From: Gammaproteobacteria bacterium | GTDB lineage: Bacteria > Pseudomonadota > Gammaproteobacteria > UBA4575 | DNA: 64,000 nt | NCBI GenBank assembly: GCA_965242685.1 | Contig: OZ251487.1 | Coordinates: 547,340-611,339, forward strand | Direction of reading: 5' to 3' | Part shown: positions 23,449 to 34,723 of the stretch, piece after piece | Position numbering within the stretch: position 1 is the stretch's first letter | Layout: each line of letters opens with the position of its first letter | Notes under the pieces: model-generated | What the model was told of the DNA's origin: nothing | The model's database searches: none | The model's input: the letters and a program-made list of their open reading frames with translations, nothing else | Translations under genes and position numbers: made by a program

Positions 23449-24240
23449 ATGACAAAGCTCAAGAAGCGTTTACCGATATCAGTGGCAATTGCGATCGGTA
23501 TCCACGTAGTCGCGGCGCTATTTCTAGTCGTGAGTTTTCAGATAAAAAGAGAGCAGCCGGTAGTTGCGCCGGCAGTTGATACTGTAATGGCAAAAGTTAT
23601 TGATGCCGAAAAACTTGCCGAAGAAAAAAAACGTAGAGAAGAAGAGATAAAGCACAAGCAACTGGAGCGTAAGAAGAAGCTCGCCGAACAGGAACGGCTG
23701 AAAAAAGAGAAACGCGACAAGGAGCTTGCGGCGAAACGCGCAGCGGAAAAAAAGAAAGCAGAAAAAAAGCGAGAAGAACTGGAGCGAAAAAAAGTTGCCG
23801 AAGCCAAACGGCTCGCACAGGAGAAAAAGGAAAAGGAACGAGAGCGGGAGCGACAGCGGCAAGCAGCGGAACAAGAGGCAGAAAATCGACGTTATGTGGA
23901 AAATTTGGCACGAGAAGAAGCCGCGATGAAAGCGGCAGAATTGAAGGCACAACAGATGGATAAATTGGCTCAACAGTATCTGAATTCAATACGCCGCAAG
24001 GTACAGATGCGCTGGCGCAAACCCTTGGGTGCTAAACCGAATGCATGGTGCGAAGTCTATGTACAACAAACTCCGAGCGGCTACGTGAAAGAAGTAGCGG
24101 TTAAAAAATGTACCGGTGATACGGCCTTTCGTCGTTCGGTAGAAGATGCGGTGTGGAAGTCAGACCCTTTGCCGGAACCTCCTTCGCCTGAATTATTTGA
24201 CCGGGAGCTACGTTTCACGTTTGCTCCGGAGAAGATGTGA
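23449..24240 (+). CDS. tolA: Tol-Pal system protein TolA
   Basis: N-terminal TM helix, long K/E/A-rich helical domain II and a small C-terminal domain. Confidence 0.88.
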   Translation: MTKLKKRLPISVAIAIGIHVVAALFLVVSFQIKREQPVVAPAVDTVMAKVIDAEKLAEEKKRREEEIKHKQLERKKKLAEQERLKKEKRDKELAAKRAAEKKKAEKKREELERKKVAEAKRLAQEKKEKERERERQRQAAEQEAENRRYVENLAREEAAMKAAELKAQQMDKLAQQYLNSIRRKVQMRWRKPLGAKPNAWCEVYVQQTPSGYVKEVAVKKCTGDTAFRRSVEDAVWKSDPLPEPPSPELFDRELRFTFAPEKM

Positions 24241-25544
24241 TGAAGAGTTGGTTGAGAGGAGCAAGTCTCAGTGCTTTTTTGCTTATGCAACAAGGCGTAC
24301 AGGCGGTTTTAGAGATCGAAATAACACGTGGCATAGAGGGTGCATTACCCGTTGCCGTGGTTACGTTTTCAGGAGAGACGTATGTCGCTCCGGAGGCCGT
24401 GGAAACAATTGTCAGGGATAATTTACGCCGCAGTGGATTTTTTAACGTATTGGAAAAACGTCACTTTCCACAGACTGTTACCGAAGCAAGGCAGCTTGAT
24501 TATCAAGCGTGGCGTGATGCGGGTGTGGAGAGCTTGTTATTGGGCAAGATCGATACAGTCGGCAGTGATCAATACCAAATAGAATTTCAATTATTCGATC
24601 TGATACGACAGCAGCGGCTTTTGGGAAACGTCATCTTTGCCGCGAGCAAAGACGTGCGCCGAGTAGGTCATAGGGTCAGTGACGTGGTATTTGAAGAACT
24701 TACCGGGATTCGTGGCGCATTCAGCACCCGTATCGCCTATATCAGCACGCTTAACAAAGGCACGGCGGAGCAAAAATACGTGTTGCAGGTTGCGGATGCG
24801 GACGGGCACAATCCAAGCACCGTTTTTGTATCTGATAAACAGATGATGTCGCCCGCCTGGTCTCCGGATGGCAGACGTCTGGCGTATGTATCATTTGAAG
24901 GAGACAGCTCTGCCGTTTACATTCAGGATATTTTCCAGAACACTCGCCTCAAGGTGCCGACTCAGAAGGGCATAAATAGCTCTCCAGCCTGGTCGCCGGA
25001 TGGTCGTTTTCTGGCGCTTACCCTCTCGAAGGACGGCAACCCGGACATTTATCTGATGAACTTGGCGACCTGGAAGACAAAGCGTATTACCAACAACTCC
25101 GCAATTGATACCGAACCTTGCTGGATGCCGCATGGCAAGTCGTTGCTGTTTACTTCGGATCGAGGTGGTAGCCCCCAGATTTATGAGGTATCCGTGAACG
25201 GTGGTGAAGCAAGGCGCATTACTCTGGAAGGAAGGTATAATGCAGCCGCCGCCGTTTCGCCGGATGGTCGCTTTCTTGCCGCGGTCCACCGTAACGGCAA
25301 CGGGTTTCGTATCGCAGTGACGGAAATGAACAACAGTACAGATAGTACAATGCACGTCATTACCAAGGGCAGGTTGGATGAAAGGCCAAGCTATGCACCG
25401 AATGGGAGTATGATTATCTATGCGACCGTGGAACATGGGCGCGGGGTTCTGGCCGCGGTAAGTGCAGACGGCAGAGTCAGGCAGAGCATTCGATTAACTG
25501 AAGGTGATGTGCGCGAGCCGGTATGGTCGCCGTTTCACCAGTAA
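24237..25544 (+). CDS. tolB: Tol-Pal system beta-propeller protein TolB
   Basis: Signal peptide and repeated 'SPAWSPDG' propeller blades. Confidence 0.95.
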   Translation: MMKSWLRGASLSAFLLMQQGVQAVLEIEITRGIEGALPVAVVTFSGETYVAPEAVETIVRDNLRRSGFFNVLEKRHFPQTVTEARQLDYQAWRDAGVESLLLGKIDTVGSDQYQIEFQLFDLIRQQRLLGNVIFAASKDVRRVGHRVSDVVFEELTGIRGAFSTRIAYISTLNKGTAEQKYVLQVADADGHNPSTVFVSDKQMMSPAWSPDGRRLAYVSFEGDSSAVYIQDIFQNTRLKVPTQKGINSSPAWSPDGRFLALTLSKDGNPDIYLMNLATWKTKRITNNSAIDTEPCWMPHGKSLLFTSDRGGSPQIYEVSVNGGEARRITLEGRYNAAAAVSPDGRFLAAVHRNGNGFRIAVTEMNNSTDSTMHVITKGRLDERPSYAPNGSMIIYATVEHGRGVLAAVSADGRVRQSIRLTEGDVREPVWSPFHQ

Positions 25545-25574
25545 CGTGGACGATTGAAAAAGGAAGGATAAGTA

Positions 25575-26147
25575 ATGACTGGACGATTATTTTACACCTT
25601 GCTGGCAGGGCTGTTTCTAATGGTAAGTGCCTGTACTACCAGCGTACAGCAAATACCCGAGAACGTGGCAAATGAAGGATATAAGAGCAGTGATACCGGC
25701 ATGGATGGCGCGGGTGACAGCTCCGAAGGCGCGACGACGGGTGACGGTTCCAGAACGATGGGCCTTGATGATAAGGGCGATTTATCCATGGTTACACTTG
25801 AAGCGCTGGATAGCGGCGAACTGGATAACGTTGTCTACTTTGACTACGACAGTGATCAAGTGCAGGATAAATCACTGCCGCTCATCACCTCGGTAGCCGA
25901 GGCACTTGTTGCATATCCCGAGCGGCAATTACGCCTGGAGGGGCATGCCGATGAACGTGGTACGCGCGAATACAATCTCGCTTTGGGTGAACGTCGCGCG
26001 CAAGCCGTGCGTGCAAGGCTTGAAGCACTCGGTGTTGGCAGTGATCAGCTTGACATCGTCAGCTATGGTGAAGAAAGGCCTGCGGTGACCGGGTCGGATG
26101 AAACATCCTGGCAACAGAACAGAAGAGTAGAGCTGGTGGTACCTTGA
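25575..26147 (+). CDS. pal: peptidoglycan-associated lipoprotein Pal
   Basis: Lipobox 'MVSAC' and OmpA-like 'EGHADERGTREYNLALGERRA'. Confidence 0.93.
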   Translation: MTGRLFYTLLAGLFLMVSACTTSVQQIPENVANEGYKSSDTGMDGAGDSSEGATTGDGSRTMGLDDKGDLSMVTLEALDSGELDNVVYFDYDSDQVQDKSLPLITSVAEALVAYPERQLRLEGHADERGTREYNLALGERRAQAVRARLEALGVGSDQLDIVSYGEERPAVTGSDETSWQQNRRVELVVP

Positions 26148-26168
26148 ACTTGACTACGAGCGTCTGAG

Positions 26169-27044
26169 ATGAACCTGACGAAACAACTGACGGCGGCCAC
26201 CGCGATTTTACTGTCTGCGACAGGTACGGCGGAAGAGGTTACTCGTACCGAGCTTGATGCCATCAATACGAGGGTACAGCGTGTTGAGCGTGTGATAGAT
26301 AACCAAGTATTGTTAAACATGGTAAAGCGGATAGAGGCCGTGCAAAGTGAAGTACGGCAGTTGCGCGGTGAAAACGAACGCTTGGCACATGAACTAAATA
26401 CTCTCAAGGTCCGTCAACGTGAACAATATCTGGAGATTGACGGTCGTCTACAGTCTGCTTTGAAACCTTCCGGGCCATCGGAAGCCGAAACTACGGCTGC
26501 TTTGGCAGAGGGTGAAGAGCCGACAACGGACATTGCGGCGGTACAAGGCCCGCCGACGGCCCAGGAGCTTGACGCGCCGCCGCGCCCACCGGCTGTCCCC
26601 GTGTCCCCTCCAGTCGCGGCAACGGCCTCGGGCACAACAGTGAAGACGACGGAACCGGATGAAGCAAAAAAGAACTACAAGGATGCCTTTATCCTGTTAA
26701 AACAAGGGAAATACGACGAATCGATCATGCTGTTTGAATACTTTGTACAGACGTATCCCGACAACAAATATGCCGCCAATGCCCAGTACTGGTTGGCGGA
26801 GGCCAACTACGTGTCCAAGCGTTACCCGAAGGCACTTGAAGAATTTGCCAAGGTTATGGACAACTACCCGACGAGTCAAAAAATAGCCGATGCCAAACTC
26901 AAACTCGGCTTTACACGTTACGAACTTGGACAATACGAGGAGGCGCGCAAAATACTCGTGCAGGTGCGCGCCCAATTTCCCAATACAAGCGTGGCAAGTC
27001 TTGCACAACAACGGCTTGAACGCATGTTACGTGAAGGCCGTTGA
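26169..27044 (+). CDS. cpoB: cell division coordinator CpoB (YbgF)
   Basis: Signal peptide, coiled coil, Pro/Ala linker and TPR-like C-terminus ('YPDNKYAANAQYWLAEA'). Last gene of the tol-pal cluster. Confidence 0.85.
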   Translation: MNLTKQLTAATAILLSATGTAEEVTRTELDAINTRVQRVERVIDNQVLLNMVKRIEAVQSEVRQLRGENERLAHELNTLKVRQREQYLEIDGRLQSALKPSGPSEAETTAALAEGEEPTTDIAAVQGPPTAQELDAPPRPPAVPVSPPVAATASGTTVKTTEPDEAKKNYKDAFILLKQGKYDESIMLFEYFVQTYPDNKYAANAQYWLAEANYVSKRYPKALEEFAKVMDNYPTSQKIADAKLKLGFTRYELGQYEEARKILVQVRAQFPNTSVASLAQQRLERMLREGR

Positions 27045-27720
27045 CGCATCGGGCGCGGCGGCACCTGTTCGGCAACGCCTATCAAGGCTGCGCGTCACCG
27101 AAATTTTTGCCTCAATCCAGGGTGAGTCCAGCACCGTAGGCATCCCCACCGTATTTGTCCGCCTGACCGGCTGTCCGCTACGCTGCCGGTACTGTGACAC
27201 CGCCTATGCCTTCACGGGTGGAAAGTGGATGTCGCTTACAGAAATAATATCCGAGGTGGCCGATTACAGCATCCACCATGTCACGGTAACGGGGGGTGAA
27301 CCGCTGGCACAACCTACCTGTCTGCCCTTGCTTTCAGACCTGTGTGACCGGGATTTTTACGTATCGCTGGAGACTGGCGGAGCTATGGATGTCAATCCGG
27401 TTGATCCTCGCGTAGTCAAAGTCATGGACATCAAAACGCCCGCGTCGGGCGAAATGGAAAAAAACTGCTGGCAGAACGTTGCTTACCTTCGAGCACAAGA
27501 CCAGATAAAATTTGTTATCTGCAATCGTGGAGATTATCTCTGGGCAAGGGATGTTTTAAGTGAGTATCAATTGACGAGCCGTTGTGAAGTACTGTTTTCC
27601 CCCAGCTTTGACGAACTGGAACCCGCTCACCTTGCGGAGTGGATTCTGGAAGACCGACTGACCGTCCGATTTCAATTACAGCTACATAAAGTACTTTGGG
27701 GTAACGTCCCGGGTCGCTGA
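27031..27720 (+). CDS. queE: 7-carboxy-7-deazaguanine synthase (radical SAM)
   Basis: 'EIFASIQGES' and 'RLTGCPLRCRYCDT' (Cx3Cx2C-type cluster). The track ORF starts at 26890 inside cpoB, so an in-frame GTG at 27031 is used. Confidence 0.85.
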   Translation: MKAVDASGAAAPVRQRLSRLRVTEIFASIQGESSTVGIPTVFVRLTGCPLRCRYCDTAYAFTGGKWMSLTEIISEVADYSIHHVTVTGGEPLAQPTCLPLLSDLCDRDFYVSLETGGAMDVNPVDPRVVKVMDIKTPASGEMEKNCWQNVAYLRAQDQIKFVICNRGDYLWARDVLSEYQLTSRCEVLFSPSFDELEPAHLAEWILEDRLTVRFQLQLHKVLWGNVPGR

Positions 27721-27894
27721 TTGAAAGACTTGGACAGAAATGCTAGCGGGAATAAAAACAATCATGTGCTTTGCCGTCACGGTCATTTCGGTAACGTCGG
27801 TAGTTGCGGCAGACCTTGGGGCAGGGACAGTGGCGATTAAACGTGACGGTTATGCCACATAGCCGGGAACGGGTTACTTTCAGGACTGATCGGA

Positions 27895-28578
27895 TTGTCA
27901 CGGCATAGGCGGGCAATCGTGCTCCTTTCGGGCGGGCTGGATTCGGCGACCACATTGGCGGTTGCTTGCTCACAGGGATTCATCTGCCATGCATTGAGTT
28001 TTCGCTATGGTCAGCGGCATGACGCCGAGTTGACGGCGGCAACAAAGATCGCCCGTGCCGTAAACGTCAGCGAGCATAGGATATTCGATATTGATCTTGC
28101 GACGTTCAAAGGCTCCGCCCTTACCGATGAAAGCATGGAAGTTCCCACCAAGGCAACGGCGGGAATTCCCGCCACCTATGTGCCGGCACGCAACACGGTC
28201 TTTTTGTCCATCGCCTTGGCATGGGCCGAGGTACTCCACGCTCGGGACGTGTTTATCGGTGTCAATGCCGTAGATTATTCCGGGTATCCAGACTGTCGAC
28301 CGGAGTATATTGAGGCGTATCAATCCATGGCGAATCTGGCTACCAAGGCGGGAGTAGAAGGGCAAAGGCTGGCCATCCATACGCCGCTGATTTCGCTTTC
28401 CAAGTCCGAGATTATTCGACTGGGTAGCGGCTTGGGGGTGGATTATTCACTTACAGTTTCCTGTTATGTGGCGGATCACCTCGGCAGGGCGTGTGGAGTG
28501 TGTGACGCCTGCCGTTTTCGCAAGCGGGGATTCACGGATGCCGGCATTGAAGATCCGACTTTATACCGTGGGCGTTAG
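27895..28578 (+). CDS. queC: 7-cyano-7-deazaguanine synthase
   Basis: '[11 protein letters not shown]' PP-loop and C-terminal zinc Cys cluster '[17 protein letters not shown]'. Confidence 0.92.
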   Translation: MSRHRRAIVLLSGGLDSATTLAVACSQGFICHALSFRYGQRHDAELTAATKIARAVNVSEHRIFDIDLATFKGSALTDESMEVPTKATAGIPATYVPARNTVFLSIALAWAEVLHARDVFIGVNAVDYSGYPDCRPEYIEAYQSMANLATKAGVEGQRLAIHTPLISLSKSEIIRLGSGLGVDYSLTVSCYVADHLGRACGVCDACRFRKRGFTDAGIEDPTLYRGR

Positions 28579-28629
28579 TCCGTCTGCATAGAGCTTTTTT
28601 GAAATTTAGGGTACGATAGTGCGCCTTGT

Positions 28630-28705
28630 GGGTCGTTAGCTCAGTTGGTAGAGCACCGGGCTTTTAACCCGATGGTCATAGGTTCGAGCCCTATACGACC
28701 CACCA
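28630..28705 (+). tRNA. tRNA-Lys (anticodon UUU)
   Basis: 76-nt cloverleaf read by eye. Acceptor GGGTCGT/ACGACCC, anticodon loop CTTTTAA, TPsiC GGTTCGA, encoded CCA. Near-identical arms to E. coli tRNA-Lys. Confidence 0.9.
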
Positions 28706-28801
28706 AAATTTCACCTAAGGGAGTCTTCATCTCACCTGCTTCCATAGAGAGGTTTCTAGTAACCTATTTGCATTATAAAATTATGAGGAGGGCGGTAAGA
28801 C

Positions 28802-30745
28802 ATGGCGGATGAAAAAATTTACTCGGTTTCAGAGGCGACGGCCGCCGCCGCATATATTGACGCAGAAAAATACGAGTCTATGTATCGGCAATCTATAGAG
28901 GCCCCGACGAGTTTCTGGGCTGAACAGGCGGGGCAATTTATCAGTTGGTATGAAAAATGGGACCGTGTTCTCGACTGGGATTATAGCAAGGGCCATATAC
29001 GCTGGTTTGAGGGCGCAAGCCTGAACGCCTGCTACAATTGTGTGGACCGCCACTTGGATACCAAAGGCGATCAGACTGCAATCATCTGGGAGGGTGATAA
29101 TCCCGGCGATGGCCATCGCATCACCTATGGCGAATTGTATAAAGAGGTTTGCAAGTTTGCCAATGTGCTGAAATTGCACGGTGTCAAAAAGGGCGACCGC
29201 GTGTGTATCTACATGCCCATGGTGCCGGAAGCCACCTACGCAATGCTGGCCTGTGTGCGTATCGGTGCCGTACATTCCGTCGTATTTGGCGGCTTTTCTC
29301 CCGACGCGTTACGCGATCGTATATTGGATTCGGATTGCCGTACCGTGATCACCGCCGACGAGGGGGTTAGAGGCGGTCGATGCGTGCCGTTAAAGGCTAA
29401 CACGGATAAGGCGCTTGAAGCATGTCCCGATGTAAGAACGGTACTGGTAATCAAGCGGACGGGAGGAGATATCGCCTGGCATACTTCACGTGATTATTGG
29501 TATCACGAAGAAGTACGCTCGGTAAGCGATGATTGCCTACCCGAACGTATGGACGCGGAAGACCCCCTGTTTATTTTGTACACTTCGGGTTCAACGGGAA
29601 AACCCAAGGGCGTATTGCATACCACGGGAGGCTATCTCCTGCACGTAGCGGTTACCCATAAATACGCGTTCGACTACCATGACGGAGAAGTTTTCTGGTG
29701 TACCGCCGACGTCGGTTGGGTAACCGGCCATTCCTATGTTGTCTATGGTCCGTTGTGTAACGGTGCGATCACCTTACTGTTTGAAGGCGTGCCCGATTAT
29801 CCCGATGGAAGCCGTTTTTGGCAAGTTTGCGACAAGCACGACGTGGCCGCCTTTTACACTGCGCCCACCGTATTACGCGCATTGATGAGGTTGGGGGACG
29901 CGCCGGTCAAGAAAACCCGCCGTCATAGCTTACGGCTTTTGGGTTCGGTCGGCGAGCCGATCAACCCCGAGGCGTGGGAATGGTATTACCACGTAGTGGG
30001 GGAAGGGCGTTGCCCGATCGTTGACACCTGGTGGCAGACCGAGACAGGAGGCTTTATGATTACCCCGTTTCCCGGCGCCACGGCCTTGAAACCCGGCTCG
30101 GCAGGCAAGCCTTTTTTTGGCATTCAGCCCGCTATCGTCGATGAAAATGGTACCGAGCTTGAAGGGGAATGCAAAGGCAATCTTGCCATCAAGTACCCTT
30201 GGCCGGGGCAGATGCGTACTGTATATGGCGATCACCAACGCTTTATCGATACCTATTTCTCACAATATCCGGGCCTGTATTGCAGTGGCGACGGGTGCGC
30301 GCGAGATGCGGACGGCTATTACTGGATCACGGGTCGCGTGGATGATGTGCTGAACGTATCCGGTCACCGTTTGGGCACCGCGGAAGTCGAAAGTGCGCTG
30401 GTTTTGCACGTTGCGGTGGCCGAGGCCGCCGTCGTCGGGTATCCGCATGAGATTAAGGGACAGGGAATCTATGCCTATGTCACCCCTATGGCGGGCACGG
30501 ACACCACCGAGGCGCTAAAGGAAGAACTTGTGCAACTGGTGCGAAAAGAGATCGGCGCCTTTGCCAAACCGGATATTATTCAATGGGCGCCGGGTTTGCC
30601 TAAAACGCGCTCGGGCAAGATCATGCGCCGTATCCTGAGAAAAATTGCCGCCAATGAAGTGGACGATCTGGGCGATACGACTACATTGGCCGACCCTTCC
30701 GTAGTTGCGAATGTCATTGATAATCGATTGAATCGCGAGAGATAA
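28802..30745 (+). CDS. acs: acetyl-CoA synthetase
   Basis: 647 aa with '[11 protein letters not shown]', 'WWQTETGG' and '[12 protein letters not shown]'. Confidence 0.96.
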   Translation: MADEKIYSVSEATAAAAYIDAEKYESMYRQSIEAPTSFWAEQAGQFISWYEKWDRVLDWDYSKGHIRWFEGASLNACYNCVDRHLDTKGDQTAIIWEGDNPGDGHRITYGELYKEVCKFANVLKLHGVKKGDRVCIYMPMVPEATYAMLACVRIGAVHSVVFGGFSPDALRDRILDSDCRTVITADEGVRGGRCVPLKANTDKALEACPDVRTVLVIKRTGGDIAWHTSRDYWYHEEVRSVSDDCLPERMDAEDPLFILYTSGSTGKPKGVLHTTGGYLLHVAVTHKYAFDYHDGEVFWCTADVGWVTGHSYVVYGPLCNGAITLLFEGVPDYPDGSRFWQVCDKHDVAAFYTAPTVLRALMRLGDAPVKKTRRHSLRLLGSVGEPINPEAWEWYYHVVGEGRCPIVDTWWQTETGGFMITPFPGATALKPGSAGKPFFGIQPAIVDENGTELEGECKGNLAIKYPWPGQMRTVYGDHQRFIDTYFSQYPGLYCSGDGCARDADGYYWITGRVDDVLNVSGHRLGTAEVESALVLHVAVAEAAVVGYPHEIKGQGIYAYVTPMAGTDTTEALKEELVQLVRKEIGAFAKPDIIQWAPGLPKTRSGKIMRRILRKIAANEVDDLGDTTTLADPSVVANVIDNRLNRER

Positions 30746-30752
30746 AGACAGC

Positions 30753-31871
30753 GTGTCGGCCCTGCGCTTGGCATTGATCGGTCACGGCCATTTACCGATA
30801 CCTCCCCAGGGATTTGGTGCCGTTGAAACCCTGATATGGGACTATAAGACTTACCTGGAGAAACTGGGTCACACGGTTGTTGTCGTCAACACCAAGAATG
30901 AGTGGGAAATTATCGGCGCGCTCCGGCGAGCGTCCCCCGACGTTGTCCACGTACATAGTGAATCGTATGCAAAAGCAATAGCAAAAACCGACGTCCCCAT
31001 AAAAATTTTTACCACACACGATCCTCATTTTCCGAGCGGGACACTCAAGCTCTACAGAAGGATACCGCTTTTCAGCATGTTAAAAGATAACTTTTCCTTT
31101 TTTGCATTGTCCTCGGTTCATGCAAAAAAATACCTTGCTTGCGGCTGTCCTCCCGAAAGCGTTTTTGTAACCCCGAACGGCACCGATCATGAAAAATTTC
31201 GCTTCCGTAAAACCCCCGTCTATCGTGACCGCAGCATCTATTTGGGACAAATCATTAAAAGAAAGAGGCAGTATGTCTATCAAGGCATCGCCTCTATTGA
31301 TTTCGTCGGGCCTATCAAAGATCGAAGGCAAAGACGTTACGGGTTTGACGACACGCGTGAAAATTACTTGGGGGAGAGGTCACGTGATCAGCTCTACGAG
31401 CACCTATCCGACTATGCAAATCTTGTTTTGTTGAGTAGGAACGAATCGGCGGCCCCTCTGGTTGTGTTGGAAGCTCTTGTTTGTGGCTTGGGCGTGGTGG
31501 TCAGCGAGGCGTGTACGCCAAACCTGGATATCTCTCTCGCATGGGTCAGTGTCATACCGGATGACAGGCTGGACGACCTGGAATACGTCGAGAACGAAAT
31601 AGCAAGGAATCGGCATATCTCCATTCAACACCGTAAACAGATACGCACCTATGGAATTGAAAACTTCTCTCAAAAGAAACAAATAGCCCGTTACGCGGAT
31701 TTGTGCGTGCGGCTGTGTGCCGACGCCGGTAGAAGTTCTCGTTATACGCTTTCTCGCGGTCGGCTTGCCTATCTTTATTTCCGCTTCCACCTGCCGGCCT
31801 CCATCATCAAAGTTTTCAGTGTTGCGCTGCGTCGCTTTCATCGCCTTCGCCGCCGGCCGCTGCAATCTTGA
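30753..31871 (+). CDS. glycosyltransferase (GT4-like, GT-B fold)
   Basis: N-terminal 'LALIGHGHLPIPPQGFGAVE' and C-terminal 'APLVVLEALVCGLGVVVSE' (E-x7-E-like region). Confidence 0.6.
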   Translation: MSALRLALIGHGHLPIPPQGFGAVETLIWDYKTYLEKLGHTVVVVNTKNEWEIIGALRRASPDVVHVHSESYAKAIAKTDVPIKIFTTHDPHFPSGTLKLYRRIPLFSMLKDNFSFFALSSVHAKKYLACGCPPESVFVTPNGTDHEKFRFRKTPVYRDRSIYLGQIIKRKRQYVYQGIASIDFVGPIKDRRQRRYGFDDTRENYLGERSRDQLYEHLSDYANLVLLSRNESAAPLVVLEALVCGLGVVVSEACTPNLDISLAWVSVIPDDRLDDLEYVENEIARNRHISIQHRKQIRTYGIENFSQKKQIARYADLCVRLCADAGRSSRYTLSRGRLAYLYFRFHLPASIIKVFSVALRRFHRLRRRPLQS

Positions 31872-31896
31872 AAGGCACTTTTTGCTTGAGCCAATT

Positions 31897-32985
31897 TCAG
31901 GCGTTGGTGCGTGCCAGCAACTGCCGATGGAGTTCGCGTGCCTCTTCAAGCAGGGATGGGGGGATGTTTGAGTCAACGGTGTGACGGGTCGAGGACCGGA
32001 ATCGGCGGGCGGCAGCGGCCAGATCGGTGGATGGAAGTCCCGTCGCCTGGGCGATGCGAGACAGGGCGGCGACCGGCTCCGTCAGCATGGAATCATAGCT
32101 GACAAACACTATTTTATCGTCCGTACCGGTAAGCAGATACCCGTATGCCGCACACCAGTATCTGAGCCAAAAGTCCGCGCTATCCGTGTGATGCGGAGTT
32201 TCTTGTTTTAGCCAAGGCTCGAAACATACGGGATGGAAGTTTGCACCAAAATCGAAATGACCGATGTCCCGCATGTAACGTTGGGTAAAAGGTTCGGTGG
32301 TATGCAGGCTTAGGAAATTGCGGTGCTGGCGTAGTAGAGAAGCGGCATGATCAAGCGGATCGCGAAACAAGACGAGCACGATAGCGTCGGGAAACAACCG
32401 GGTGATTTTGGGAATGCGGGATACGTTCATATTATTTTTTGAGAGGTATCGCACATGGTTTGTTCTCCCGGTTGCGCGAGCTTGTAGGGCGATTATCTTG
32501 GTGATGTGGGCCTTGAAGAAAGTGTCGAATTCTCCGTGAACGTCTCGGTCGTCTGCCGCCCAAGTGGCAATGCGGTCATCAAAGTATTTGTCGGGCCAGA
32601 ATGCGTGCCACAGGGTCTCTTCAAATGCCTCGGGGCTGTCGTAGCTGATGATCATGCCGTCGCCGTGGGCGCGCTTGAAAGGGATGCTATCGGCCCGCAG
32701 GCGACGCGAAAAGGTATGCCACAGCAGTGGGGTCATCAAAAACGGCATGTTCCGGTACGTGTGTGTAGCGAAACAATCAAGTGCGCTCAGAATCTCTAGC
32801 AAAAGTGTAGTACCGGCACGTGGTAACGCGGTAATAAATACCGGTCGATCAATTTCAATATTTTTGAAACGTTTGGAGTAGATGAGGTTTTCAATGTCGA
32901 CCAATGCCTTTTGAAAGTTGATGGTGGAAAAGGCCAGGCGATGCAAAAGCCGATCCAGTTTGGAATACCGATCTTGAAATTTCAT
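31897..32985 (-). CDS. PAPS-type sulfotransferase family protein
   Basis: 5'-PSB loop 'ALPRAGTTLLLE' and a 3'-PB-like 'LFRDPLDHAASLLRQH'. Confidence 0.7.
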   Translation of the reverse strand: MKFQDRYSKLDRLLHRLAFSTINFQKALVDIENLIYSKRFKNIEIDRPVFITALPRAGTTLLLEILSALDCFATHTYRNMPFLMTPLLWHTFSRRLRADSIPFKRAHGDGMIISYDSPEAFEETLWHAFWPDKYFDDRIATWAADDRDVHGEFDTFFKAHITKIIALQARATGRTNHVRYLSKNNMNVSRIPKITRLFPDAIVLVLFRDPLDHAASLLRQHRNFLSLHTTEPFTQRYMRDIGHFDFGANFHPVCFEPWLKQETPHHTDSADFWLRYWCAAYGYLLTGTDDKIVFVSYDSMLTEPVAALSRIAQATGLPSTDLAAAARRFRSSTRHTVDSNIPPSLLEEARELHRQLLARTNA

Positions 32986-33015
32986 GTTTGATCGGATGAG
33001 AGGGGGGATGTGGTT

Positions 33016-33231
33016 TTATTTATTGTTCCGGTACGCGGTCGTTTTCCATTTGCGAAGCACTTGTTTGATGGGATACCAGACAAGGCCGGCGATTATCAGT
33101 AGCCCGATGCCGAGCAGCACCAGCAGCGGACCGAGGGCGATCAAACCCGCCCCGGGGCCAATGTAGGCCGCTATGGCGATTAGTTCCGTTGGTATTGCAA
33201 TGTTCAAGGGTTCATTTTCCGTTTCTGTCAA
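33016..33231 (-). CDS. small two-TM membrane protein
   Basis: 71 aa with two hydrophobic helices and a basic tail. Its start overlaps the end of the upstream ASST-like gene by 20 nt. Confidence 0.4.
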   Translation of the reverse strand: MTETENEPLNIAIPTELIAIAAYIGPGAGLIALGPLLVLLGIGLLIIAGLVWYPIKQVLRKWKTTAYRNNK

Positions 33232-34723
33232 GATAATACATCCCCTGGAGCACGTGTCGCACTGCCCTGGTTTTTCTTTCTTCGGGGTAATGCTCTATGT
33301 GCGATGCGTTATGCACGGAGGTGAACTCGGTCAGTATTTCGCCGTCGGCAATGTGTACTTCAACAGCCTTTCCATCAATGGAGAACGTGATGATAACCCG
33401 TTTTCGATCAGGGGAGATAGAAATATGTCCTCCTTTTATGGTGAACAGATTTTTTATGGGTTCGGGGGTTGTGTCACTTGGGAAGATGGTGGTCTCCCTG
33501 CCATCTTTCAGATCAACCATAAGCAACCTCGAGGCGTCGTATTTTCTTCCTCCCAGGTTGTCAAGCATGAGAAATTTTGAACCTTCGAGATGCATAACGC
33601 TGTGCTGGGCAAAGAAACTGCCGCGTATAAACCGTTTTAACCGGTAATTGCTGCGGTCAATGATGCCGAAGGCATTCAGGTTCCTGAGGGAAACCACAAG
33701 ATCTCCCGGTTTCCCTCCGTCAATCTCTGTGGTGTCTTCTTGCAATACGTGCGCAAAGTTGAGATGAATGGGATTACAGGGGTTGCGGACATTGAGTAGA
33801 GTCAGGGCATACGGGGATTCAAGAAGTGCATCGAAAACGGGAATCTCTTCCAACATTTTTCCTTCCCCGTCAATAATGCGAATGTTATCCCTGTAATATT
33901 TTTCCGTGCATTTCATTGTAAATTTGTTTACATGGCCCATTGAAGGCAATCCCGCCTCTGCCAAAGGTTTGTTGGGACTGACGTAGTGGCGGCCTTCGCC
34001 GATACGAAAGCCGGGCACCAGGGCCACGTCGCCGTCTACCAGATAGGGTATATGATGGCTGGAATCATCACGATACCAGACGATTTGACCGGCACGGTTT
34101 ATGCGCGCGCTGCCGCCGCTATAAGGAAAGGTGTTTCCAGTATGCATGACAACCAGCAAGTCACCGTTGGGGTACTGCGCGACGCCGGATATATCCACGT
34201 GTTTGGAAAATGAGAAAGTAGGTAACTTTTCTTTGGGGAAATAAACGATGGGGTTTGTATCGGCTAGCTCGTTCAAACGATAAGGGTAGGCGTGTACTAC
34301 TTTACCTTGGCCGGCATACTCGACCGCAAGGCAGCCCGTGTAGCCGGGACAATACTCGGCAAAGTGCTCCTTTCCTCCCGGAAAAAGGACCGGATCAATA
34401 AGCTTGCCACCGGAAATAAATCTGATACGGTGCGACGCGACGCTTTCAGGAGGGATGTCTACAAACTTCGACCATATGGGTAGGGGGCCTTTTAGGCTTT
34501 TTTCTTCGGGCGATTCGATCAGGTTCGAGGTGGTTTTTTGGACGGCGGACAAGACGTTGGATGGGAATATCTCCTGCTGTTGCACGACCATGCCGGCGAT
34601 GAATGCCGTCAGCGTGATGGAAATAATAAACGCGGGCAGCGGTGCTTTTTCCCGCAGCCAGTAAAAAGCTTTCTTGTACACTATGCCGTATGACTTGAAG
34701 ATGGAGGGTTCATCTTCTATCAA
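33212..34723 (-). CDS. membrane-anchored arylsulfotransferase (ASST)-like beta-propeller protein, copy 1
   Basis: N-terminal TM anchor. 'NPIHLNFAHV', 'GDLVVSLRNLNAFGIIDRSN' and 'FFAQHSVMHLEGSKFLMLDNLG' resemble ASST-family motifs (H-x-N; S-x-R...ID; QH...DN). Confidence 0.5.
   Translation of the reverse strand: MIEDEPSIFKSYGIVYKKAFYWLREKAPLPAFIISITLTAFIAGMVVQQQEIFPSNVLSAVQKTTSNLIESPEEKSLKGPLPIWSKFVDIPPESVASHRIRFISGGKLIDPVLFPGGKEHFAEYCPGYTGCLAVEYAGQGKVVHAYPYRLNELADTNPIVYFPKEKLPTFSFSKHVDISGVAQYPNGDLLVVMHTGNTFPYSGGSARINRAGQIVWYRDDSSHHIPYLVDGDVALVPGFRIGEGRHYVSPNKPLAEAGLPSMGHVNKFTMKCTEKYYRDNIRIIDGEGKMLEEIPVFDALLESPYALTLLNVRNPCNPIHLNFAHVLQEDTTEIDGGKPGDLVVSLRNLNAFGIIDRSNYRLKRFIRGSFFAQHSVMHLEGSKFLMLDNLGGRKYDASRLLMVDLKDGRETTIFPSDTTPEPIKNLFTIKGGHISISPDRKRVIITFSIDGKAVEVHIADGEILTEFTSVHNASHIEHYPEERKTRAVRHVLQGMYYLDRNGK

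Noticed and set aside
23524-23989. Several 67-149-aa ORFs on both strands within tolA
   Set aside because: They are translations of the repetitive AAG/GAA/GCN-rich DNA that encodes TolA domain II. This is low-complexity shadow reading, not separate genes.
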